This document shows positions 9,070 to 16,063 of a stretch of 19,023 nucleotides of DNA, piece after piece (the first letter of the stretch is position 1; every line of letters starts with the position of its first letter). Below the pieces are notes generated by a model. The model was not told where the DNA came from, did no database searches, and saw only the letters and a list, made by a program, of their open reading frames with translations. The translations under genes and the position numbers were made by a program. Where the stretch lies: positions 1 through 19,023 of the forward strand of contig JBQTGV010000155.1 in assembly GCA_052390515.1 (NCBI GenBank), in the 5' to 3' direction. Source of the DNA: Candidatus Eiseniibacteriota bacterium. GTDB taxonomy: Bacteria; ARS69.

Positions 9070-9099
9070 ACAGCGAATCCGAGCGAGGAGGACGAGTCC

Positions 9100-9663
9100 A
9101 TCGAGAAGGAGCTGAGAGTCAACGAGAAGATCCGGATCTCCCCGATCCGGGTCGTCGGCGAGAATGGCGAAGTTCTCGGCATCATGAGCGCGGAAGAGGG
9201 CAGGACGTTGGCGCGGCAGAGCGGCCTCGACTTGGTCGAGGTCTCGCCGAACTCGCGGCCGCCGGTCTGCCGCATCATGGACTTCGGAAAGTTCAAGTAC
9301 GAGCAGAACAAGAAGGATCGAAAGGCCCGCAGTCGGCAGCACGGGCAGCAGCTCAAGGAGGTGAAGTTCCGGCCGAAGATCGAGCGGCACGATCTCGAAG
9401 TGAAGATCCGGAACACGCGGCGGTTCCTGTCCGAGCACCACAAGGTGAAGGTGACGATGAACTTCCGTGGCCGCGAAGTGACTCACGCGGACATCGGCCG
9501 GGCGATCCTGGACAAGGTCGCGGCGGCCCTGGACGACGTGTCGACGATCGAGTCTCCGCCGAGGATCGAGGGAAGGCACATGATCATGCTGCTCTCTCCC
9601 AAGGGTCAGGCGGCGAAGAAGAAGGGTTCCGATTCCCCGGGAGGGGAGTCGGAGGAGAGCTAG
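9100..9663 (+). CDS. infC: Translation initiation factor IF-3 (non-canonical ATC start)
   Basis: RVNEKI, LDLVEVSPN..PPVCRIMDFGKFKYE, KEVKFRPKI and FRGRE motifs. SD GAGGAGG (9085-9091) lies 8 nt before in-frame ATC 9100. TTG 9067 has no SD. Confidence 0.95.
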   Translation: MEKELRVNEKIRISPIRVVGENGEVLGIMSAEEGRTLARQSGLDLVEVSPNSRPPVCRIMDFGKFKYEQNKKDRKARSRQHGQQLKEVKFRPKIERHDLEVKIRNTRRFLSEHHKVKVTMNFRGREVTHADIGRAILDKVAAALDDVSTIESPPRIEGRHMIMLLSPKGQAAKKKGSDSPGGESEES

Positions 9664-9800
9664 TGTTCCGCTCGAAAGGAGTGATCGGATGGCCGAGCGT
9701 CGTCGCCGCCGTGTCCGGCGGCCGCGAAGCGAGCGAGGCACGGACGCCGAGCGAGCGTAAGTGAAGCGATCCGAGCATTCCTTTCGAGACGGAACGCTGG
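9660..9800. repeat. 141-nt element bounded by 31-bp imperfect inverted repeats (MITE/REPIN-like or structured RNA)
   Basis: 9660-9690 CTAGTGTTCCGCTCGAAAGGAGTGATCGGAT pairs with 9769-9800 ATCCGAGCATTCCTTTCGAGACGGAACGCTGG: 27 Watson-Crick, 3 G-U, 1 mismatch, 1 bulge. Inner hairpin GCCGCCG-TGTC-CGGCGGC at 9705-9722. Confidence 0.8.
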
Positions 9801-9861
9801 AGACGGGCACGGGGTCTCAAGTCTCCCTTTCCGGGAGCCCCCTCACCGAAGGAGAAGGACC

Positions 9862-10233
9862 ATGTCACGCGCTCGCAATTCGGCCGCGTCCCGCGCGCGC
9901 CGGAGGAAGGTGCTCAAGGCCGCGAAGGGTTACTTCGGCGGTCGCCGCAAGCTGCTCACCGTCGCCAAACACGCGGTCGAGAAGGGCCTGCAGTACGCCT
10001 ACCGGGATCGGCGCACCCGCAAGCGCGAGTTCCGGCGGCTCTGGATCGTGCGCATCAACGCCGCGGTGCGCGAGCACGGACTCTCGTACTCGCGCTTCAT
10101 GAGCGGTCTCAAGCGCGCCGAGGTCGAGCTCGACCGCAGTGTGCTCTCCGAGCTGGCGGTCACCGATCCGAAGGCCTTCGCGGATCTGGTGGCGGTGGCC
10201 AAGCAGCACCTCGAGGCGGCCCCGGCGGCCTGA
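9862..10233 (+). CDS. rplT: 50S ribosomal protein L20
   Basis: RRKVLKAAKGYFGGR, YAYRDRR.RKREFRRLWIVRINAA, SYSRFM.GL and LDRSVLSELA motifs. SD AAGGAG at 9849-9854. Confidence 0.98.
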   Translation: MSRARNSAASRARRRKVLKAAKGYFGGRRKLLTVAKHAVEKGLQYAYRDRRTRKREFRRLWIVRINAAVREHGLSYSRFMSGLKRAEVELDRSVLSELAVTDPKAFADLVAVAKQHLEAAPAA

Positions 10234-10239
10234 GCGGGC

Positions 10240-11262
10240 ATGAGCGAAGCTCCCCGCGAGACGTTGGAACGGGCGCTCCGGGAGATCGAAGCCGCGGGCG
10301 ATCCGGAGGCCGTCGACGTTCTGCGCGTCCGCTATCTCGGTCGCAAGGGTCTGGTCACGGCGGCTCTGCGCTCCGTGGCAGCGCTGCCCGAGACCGAGCG
10401 CCCAGCGGCGGGCCAGGCCTGGAACGAGGTCCGGCGGGCGCTCGACGGGGCGGTCACGGCCCGTCGCGAGGCCCTGGACAGCGCATCGACGCCGGCGGAC
10501 GACGGGTTCGACCCGACGCTTCCGGGACGGCGGCCGCCGCTCGGCGTGCCCCACGTTCTGATGCAGACGCTGGCGCGGATGATCGACATCTTCCGCTCCA
10601 TGGGATTCGCCGTGGCGGACGGGCCCGAGGTAGAGACGCCTCACTACAACTTCACGGCGCTGAACATCCCCGAGGGTCACCCGACCCGCGAAGAGCACGA
10701 TTCCTTCTTCCTGTCCGACTCGCTGCTGCTGCGCACGCAGACGTCGCCGGTGCAGATCCGCGTCATGCAGGGCAGCCGGCCGCCGGTGCGGATCATCGCT
10801 CCGGGACGCGTGTACCGTCGCGACCACTTCGACGCGAGCCACTCGCCGTTTTTCTTCCAGCTGGAGGCGCTGTACGTCGACGAGGACGTGACGCTCGGAG
10901 ATCTCAAGGGGACGCTCCGCGAGTTCGCGCGGCGCTTCTTCGGCGCGGAGGTGAACATGCGCTTCCGCGGCGGCTACTTCCCGTTCACCGAGCCGAGCCT
11001 CGAGCTGGACATCTCTTGCACGGTGTGCGGTGGGCGCGGCTGCCCGGTGTGCAAGGGAAGCGGGTGGGTCGAGATCCTGGGCTGCGGGATGGTGCACCCC
11101 AACGTGCTGCGCGGCGTCGGCTGGGACCCCGAGCAGGTCTCCGGCTTCGCGTTCGGGATGGGCCCGGACCGCATGGCCCTGCTTCGCCACCGCATCCCGG
11201 ACATCCGCCATCTCTACGAGAACGACGTCCGGTTCCTGCGCCAGTTCCGGAGGACGACGTGA
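10240..11262 (+). CDS. pheS: Phenylalanine-tRNA ligase alpha subunit
   Basis: YLGRKG, GPEVE...YNF.ALN, LLRTQTSPVQIR, PGRVYR, HSPFFFQLE, YFPFTEPS, WVEILGCGMVHP, GFAFGMG and DIRHLYENDVRFL motifs. It also has a CxxC-x4-CxxC zinc knuckle. Confidence 0.98.
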   Translation: MSEAPRETLERALREIEAAGDPEAVDVLRVRYLGRKGLVTAALRSVAALPETERPAAGQAWNEVRRALDGAVTARREALDSASTPADDGFDPTLPGRRPPLGVPHVLMQTLARMIDIFRSMGFAVADGPEVETPHYNFTALNIPEGHPTREEHDSFFLSDSLLLRTQTSPVQIRVMQGSRPPVRIIAPGRVYRRDHFDASHSPFFFQLEALYVDEDVTLGDLKGTLREFARRFFGAEVNMRFRGGYFPFTEPSLELDISCTVCGGRGCPVCKGSGWVEILGCGMVHPNVLRGVGWDPEQVSGFAFGMGPDRMALLRHRIPDIRHLYENDVRFLRQFRRTT

Positions 11263-13637
11263 AGATTCCGGTGTCCTGGCTCGCGGAGCTCGTTCCGGTC
11301 GGCGAGCCCGTGGAGCTGGCCGATCGCCTGACCGAAGCCGGGCTCGAGTCGCACGCGTCCGCGGCTGTGCCGGTGCCGCCGGGCATCGTGACCGGCCGCA
11401 TCCTCGCGTGCGAGCGGCATCCGGACGCGGATCGCCTGTCGGTCTGCACCGTGGACGTGGGCGAAGGCGCGCCTCGCACGGTCGTCTGCGGGGCGCCCAA
11501 CGCGAAGGCCGGTCCGGTGGGCGCGGTCGCGCTGCCGGGCGCTGATCTGGGCGGCGGGCTCGTCGTCGCGGAACGGAAGGTGCGCGGCGTCGTCTCCCGC
11601 GGGATGCTCTGCTCGGAGCGCGAGCTCGGCCTGTCCGACAACCACGAGGGCATCCTGCTCCTGCCGGCGGATACGCCGATCGGAAAGCCGCTCGGCGACG
11701 TGCTGCGTGGAGAGACCGTGTTGGAGACGGCACCCTTCGCGAACCGCGGGGATCTCATGAGCGTGGCCGGCGTGGCCCGGGAGGTGGCGGCGCTGCAGGG
11801 GACGCGCTGGTCGCCGCCCGTTCCGCCGCCCGCGCGCGCTGCCGCCGGAGAGTGGCGCGTCGAGATCGAGGATGCCGAGGACTGCCCGCGCTACGCCGGA
11901 CGCGTCGTCGAAGGCGTGCGTGCGGGTGTCTCGCCCTCGTGGATCGCCGAGCGCCTCTCCCGCGCCGGCGTACGACCGGTCATGAACCTCGTGGACGTGA
12001 CCAACTACGTGCTCCTGGAGACGGGCCACCCGCTGCACGCGTTCGACCGCGAGCGCCTGCGTGGCCGGACGATCGGGGTGCGGCGCGCCCGGGCCGGCGA
12101 GTCGCTCGTCACGCTGGACGGCAAGGAGCGCGCGCCGGATCCGGGAACGCTGCTCATCACCGACGATTCCGGGCCGATCGCGACGGCGGGGATCCTCGGG
12201 GGAGCGAGCACCGCGGTCTCGGAACGCACGACGGCCGTGTTCCTCGAGGGAGCGAGCTTCCACCCGCAGCGCGTCCGCGCCGGGAGCCGGGCGCTGCGGG
12301 TCTCGACCGACGCGTCGGCGCGCTTCGAGCGGGGCGTGGATCCCGAGGGAGTGGACGCTGCGCTGGACCGGGCCGTCGAGATCCTGCTCGCCATGTGCCC
12401 CGGTGCCCGGCTCGTGCACTCCGTCGAGGCCGGCGTCGCTCGCCCCTCGCCCCGGCGCGTGACCCTGCGGAACCGCACGATCGTCCGCCTGCTCGGCGTC
12501 GACCCGGGACCTGCCGTCGTGACCCGGGTGCTCGAATCGCTGGGCTTCGGGGTCACCGCGCGCGCCGAGGGCTGGGACGTGACCGTTCCTTCCTTCCGCC
12601 GTGACGTGAGCATCGAGGAGGATCTCGTCGAGGAGATCGCGCGGATCCACGGATACGCGCGCATCCCGGAGACCTCGCGCTTCCGCGGCGTGGCCGGACA
12701 GACGACGGACGTGCGCGCCGAGGCCTACTGGCGCGCCCGCGCGATCCTGCTTTCCCTCGGGCTCACCGAGGTGGTGACGCCGGGGCTCGTGGACGGGGAG
12801 CGCGAGGGGGCGCTGATGGGAGCGGACCCCTTCTTCCCGCGGCCCGTGCCCGTGCGCAACCCGCTCTCCGCGGACCGCGGGTCGCTGCGCTGCTCGCTGT
12901 CCACGGCGCTCGCCCAGGTGCTGGCCACGAACCGGGCGCGGGCCAGCGCCGACATCGCCGTCTTCGAGGTGGGCCGCGTGTTCGCGCCGGCCGCGAACGG
13001 GACCGTAGACGAACGCCTTCGCGCCGGGATGCTGCTCGCCGGGAGCGGCCTCGCCGCGGAGGGCGCTCTCGGAAGCAAGTGCAGCGATTTCTTTGACATG
13101 AAGGGTTTGGTGGAAGTATACGTCGAACAGTTCTGGGGCGTTCGGCCACGGTGCGAGGGATTCGCTCCACTTCCGTTCTCGCGGGCGCGTTCCGCGGCGG
13201 TCGTCGGCGGTGCGCCGATCGGATACTTCGGCGCCCCCGACGACTCGTTGCGGAACGTGTTCGACCTGCCCGCGGAGCTGCCGCTGTGGATCGCGGAGTT
13301 GGATCTCGAGGCCGCTGCCGTGCAACCCGGGGAAGTGTGGTTCGAGGCTCTGCCGCGGTACCCCGCGGTCGTCCGCGATCTGGCGCTCGTCGTGGACCGT
13401 TCGCGGCGGAACGAGGATCTGGTCGCCGTGATCGTCGAGGCGGGGGGAGAGCTGCTCACGGAGCCGAGGCTCTTCGACGTGTACGAGGGCGCGCAGCTCG
13501 CCGCGACGGAGAAGAGCCTGGCATACACTCTGGTGTTCCGGGCTACGGATCGGAGCCTGACACACTATGAAGTGGACCACCTCGTGGAGAGGATCGTTCG
13601 GCGGCTCGAGCGGGAGCTGGGCGCACGGGTTCGCTGA
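11259..13637 (+). CDS. pheT: Phenylalanine-tRNA ligase beta subunit
   Basis: HPDADRL, VCGAPN, RGVVS.GMLCSERELG, NRGD..SV.GVARE, VDVTNYV..E.G.PLHAFD, RFERGVD, PSFRRDV..EEDLVEEIARI.GY, DFFDMKG, RDLAL, LFDVYEG and KSLA motifs. GTGA overlap with pheS. 792 aa. Confidence 0.97.
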   Translation: MKIPVSWLAELVPVGEPVELADRLTEAGLESHASAAVPVPPGIVTGRILACERHPDADRLSVCTVDVGEGAPRTVVCGAPNAKAGPVGAVALPGADLGGGLVVAERKVRGVVSRGMLCSERELGLSDNHEGILLLPADTPIGKPLGDVLRGETVLETAPFANRGDLMSVAGVAREVAALQGTRWSPPVPPPARAAAGEWRVEIEDAEDCPRYAGRVVEGVRAGVSPSWIAERLSRAGVRPVMNLVDVTNYVLLETGHPLHAFDRERLRGRTIGVRRARAGESLVTLDGKERAPDPGTLLITDDSGPIATAGILGGASTAVSERTTAVFLEGASFHPQRVRAGSRALRVSTDASARFERGVDPEGVDAALDRAVEILLAMCPGARLVHSVEAGVARPSPRRVTLRNRTIVRLLGVDPGPAVVTRVLESLGFGVTARAEGWDVTVPSFRRDVSIEEDLVEEIARIHGYARIPETSRFRGVAGQTTDVRAEAYWRARAILLSLGLTEVVTPGLVDGEREGALMGADPFFPRPVPVRNPLSADRGSLRCSLSTALAQVLATNRARASADIAVFEVGRVFAPAANGTVDERLRAGMLLAGSGLAAEGALGSKCSDFFDMKGLVEVYVEQFWGVRPRCEGFAPLPFSRARSAAVVGGAPIGYFGAPDDSLRNVFDLPAELPLWIAELDLEAAAVQPGEVWFEALPRYPAVVRDLALVVDRSRRNEDLVAVIVEAGGELLTEPRLFDVYEGAQLAATEKSLAYTLVFRATDRSLTHYEVDHLVERIVRRLERELGARVR

Positions 13638-13677
13638 GCGGCGGCGGAACGAACAATGGTACGGGAGGGCAATCCGG

Positions 13678-13953
13678 ATGGACCTGGAGCTTCTGGACAC
13701 GCTCGAGGAACGGGTGGACCAGGCGGTGGCCGCGGTCCAGGAGTTGCGTGCCGAGAACGACGTGCTGAAGCAGGAGACGCAGGAGCTCGAGCGAAGGGTG
13801 GAAGGCTTGACCCGAGACGTCGCGGGCGCGCATGCGGCGCGCGACGAGGTGGCCCGGCTGGCGGCACGCTGCGAGGAGCTGGAGTCCAAGCTCGAGGGCG
13901 TCCGCGGTCGGATCGAGAAGATGGTGCAGCGGATGGGGCAGCTCGAGGCCTGA
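13678..13953 (+). CDS. zapB: Cell division protein ZapB-like coiled-coil
   Basis: 91-aa heptad coiled-coil (LEERVDQAV..VQELRAEN..LK). SD GGAGG at 13664-13668. It lies between pheT and zapA. Confidence 0.7.
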   Translation: MDLELLDTLEERVDQAVAAVQELRAENDVLKQETQELERRVEGLTRDVAGAHAARDEVARLAARCEELESKLEGVRGRIEKMVQRMGQLEA

Positions 13954-14017
13954 CGTCCCGAGGCGCGCGCCGCCTGCCCGCACGAAGCGGGCTCCCGCCG
14001 TCGATCGAGGTGAGGAC

Positions 14018-14344
14018 ATGAGCTCGGAGGCTCGGACGGTTTCGGTCCAGATCCTGGGCCAGGAATACAAGATCCGCTCGACCGAGGACGCCGCGTTCGT
14101 CCGCGAGGTCGCCGTCCACGTCGACGAGGCGATGCGAGCCATCTCGGCGCGGATGACCTCCGCCACGGCGACGCAGCTCGCCGTGCTCGCCGCGCTGAAC
14201 TTCGCCGAGGAACTGCTGCGCGAGAGGCGCAACGGGGGCGGCGGCCACGACGAGGCGGACGAGCGGCTGCGCGCCGTGCTGCGCCGGTTGGACGAGATCG
14301 TCGCCGTCGTTCCCGCGGACGCGCCCGCTTCCTCGCGCCGTTGA
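14018..14344 (+). CDS. zapA: Cell division protein ZapA
   Basis: V.V.ILGQEY.I, A..VDE.MR.I and LAVLAALNFAEEL motifs. SD-like GAGGTGAGG precedes ATG 14018. 108 aa. Confidence 0.92.
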   Translation: MSSEARTVSVQILGQEYKIRSTEDAAFVREVAVHVDEAMRAISARMTSATATQLAVLAALNFAEELLRERRNGGGGHDEADERLRAVLRRLDEIVAVVPADAPASSRR

Positions 14345-14345
14345 G

Positions 14346-15155
14346 GTGACGAAGCCCGTCGGCGCGTTTCGCATCGTGTTCGTGGGCGACGTCGTGGGCC
14401 GGCCCGGGCGCCGCGCGCTCCGCGAGCTCTTCCCGGACGTGATCGCCGAGGAGCAGCCCGACTTCGTGGTGATCAACGCGGAGAACTCCGCGGGAGGGTT
14501 CGGCGTCAGCCGCCGCTCGGCGAGCGCGCTCTTCGGCGCGGGCGCGGACGTGCTCACCGGGGGAAACCACACCTGGGACAAACCCGAGGCCGTCGAGTTG
14601 GTGGAGGAGGACGCGCGCGTGCTGCGCCCGGAGAACTACCCGCGCGGGACTCCCGGGCGCGGATGCGCGGTGTTCGAGACGAAGAGCGGCGTGGCGGTCG
14701 GCGTGCTGAGCCTGCTCGGCCGCGTCTTCATGAACGCGTTCGACGACCCGTTCCGGGTGGGGCGGGACCGGCTCGAGGAGATGCGCAGCGAGACCCCGGT
14801 TCTGCTGGTCGATCTGCACGCCGAGGCCACGTCGGAGAAGGGTGCGTTCGCCTGGCACGTGGACGGCCTGGCCAGCGCGGTGCTAGGCACGCATACGCAC
14901 GTTCCGACCGACGACGCGCGCATCCTCCCGGGGGGGACCGCGTTCCAGTCGGACGTCGGCATGACCGGGGGGTACGAGGGCGTGATCGGGATGGATCAGG
15001 AAGCCTCGGTGAAGCGGTTCGTGACCGGTTTTCCCGTCCGCTTCGAGCCGGCGATGCGCGATCTCCGGCTCGACGCGACGGTGGTGGACGTGAATCCGGG
15101 GTCGGGGAGGGCCCTGGCGATCCGGCGCGTTCAGAAACGGCTGCGGGAGTCGTGA
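14346..15155 (+). CDS. ymdB: TIGR00282/YmdB-family metallophosphoesterase (2',3'-cNMP phosphodiesterase-like)
   Basis: FVGDVVGRPGR, INAENSAGGFG, TGGNHTWDK, DLHAEATSEK, GTHTHVPT.D and DVGMTG motifs. Confidence 0.92.
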   Translation: MTKPVGAFRIVFVGDVVGRPGRRALRELFPDVIAEEQPDFVVINAENSAGGFGVSRRSASALFGAGADVLTGGNHTWDKPEAVELVEEDARVLRPENYPRGTPGRGCAVFETKSGVAVGVLSLLGRVFMNAFDDPFRVGRDRLEEMRSETPVLLVDLHAEATSEKGAFAWHVDGLASAVLGTHTHVPTDDARILPGGTAFQSDVGMTGGYEGVIGMDQEASVKRFVTGFPVRFEPAMRDLRLDATVVDVNPGSGRALAIRRVQKRLRES

Positions 15156-16063
15156 TGTCGGCGAAGATTCTCGATGGGAAGGAGACGGCGCGCCAGGTGC
15201 GCGAGGAACTGGGCGAACGCGTCGCGCGTCTGACCGCCCGCGGGCGAACGCCGCGGCTGGTCGTGCTGCTGGTGGGCGAAGACCCGGCGTCGCAGGTGTA
15301 CGTGCGCAACAAGAGCACGGCCGCCGCCAAGATCGGCATCCGCGCGGAGACCAGGAACCTGGAAGCGACCATCCCGCAGGCCAGGCTGGAGGGCATCGTG
15401 CGGGATCTCGGCCGGGACGAGTCCGTGGACGGGATCCTCGTGCAGCTTCCGCTTCCCGCACCCCTGGACGCGGAGCGTGTGGTGCGCTGCATCGCGCCGG
15501 ACAAGGACGTGGACGGACTGCATCCCGCCAACGTGGGCGATCTGGCCAGGGGCGCGCCGCGCTTCGCCCCGTGCACGCCGGCGGGAGTGATCGAGCTGCT
15601 CGAGCGTCACGGGATTCCCATCGCCGGGCGACACGTCGTCGTCGTAGGGCGCTCGAACCTCGTCGGCCGGCCGCTCGCCTCGTTGCTCCTCTTGAAGGGG
15701 CCGCGCGGGGACGCGACCGTCACCGTGTGTCATTCGCGCTCCGACCGGCTGGCCGAGATCGTGAGGAGCGGCGACATCGTCGTCGCCGCGGTGGGCCGGG
15801 CGAATACCGTCACGGCCGACATGGTGGCGCCCGGTGCCGTGGTGGTCGACGTGGGCATCAACCGTATCGACGACCCCGCGGCGCCGGGCGGGACGCGGCT
15901 CGTCGGGGACGTGGATTACGAGGCCGTGCGCGAGGTCGCATCGTGGATCACGCCGGTGCCGGGCGGCGTGGGGCCGATGACCGTCGCCATGCTCCTGGCC
16001 AACACCGTTCAGGCCGCGGAGGCCCATGAGTCTTCTCCCAGGGACCCCGTCCCGGTCCGCTGA
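15155..16063 (+). CDS. folD: Bifunctional methylenetetrahydrofolate dehydrogenase/cyclohydrolase
   Basis: ILDGK, VGEDPASQVYVRNK, DGILVQLPLP, KDVDGLHP.N, PCTPAG, VGRSNLVGRP, DVGIN and ITPVPGGVGPMTVAML motifs. TGATG overlap with ymdB. 302 aa. Confidence 0.97.
   Translation: MSAKILDGKETARQVREELGERVARLTARGRTPRLVVLLVGEDPASQVYVRNKSTAAAKIGIRAETRNLEATIPQARLEGIVRDLGRDESVDGILVQLPLPAPLDAERVVRCIAPDKDVDGLHPANVGDLARGAPRFAPCTPAGVIELLERHGIPIAGRHVVVVGRSNLVGRPLASLLLLKGPRGDATVTVCHSRSDRLAEIVRSGDIVVAAVGRANTVTADMVAPGAVVVDVGINRIDDPAAPGGTRLVGDVDYEAVREVASWITPVPGGVGPMTVAMLLANTVQAAEAHESSPRDPVPVR

Noticed and set aside
9067..9095. Perfect TTGACA upstream of infC as a -35 box
   Set aside because: There is no -10-like hexamer at 16-18 nt spacing; that position is the SD region.
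9660..9800. The fold-back element as a relocated 6S RNA
   Set aside because: It is shorter than typical 6S RNA and lacks the central bubble flanked by two long helices. A cmsearch would settle this.
9761..10102. ORF MKRSEHSFRDGTLETGTGS as a possible L35 remnant (KR...TGTG)
   Set aside because: It is not basic, lacks other L35 residues, overlaps rplT out of frame, and its first part is the inverted-repeat arm.
11017..11055. CxxC-x4-CxxC motif in PheS
   Set aside because: This zinc-knuckle insertion is known from many bacterial PheS proteins.
11214..14858. 1214-aa minus-strand ORF
   Set aside because: It is antisense to pheT/zapB/zapA/ymdB, is Arg/Gly/Ala/Pro-rich and has no recognisable motif. 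It is a shadow ORF caused by high GC and scarce stop codons.
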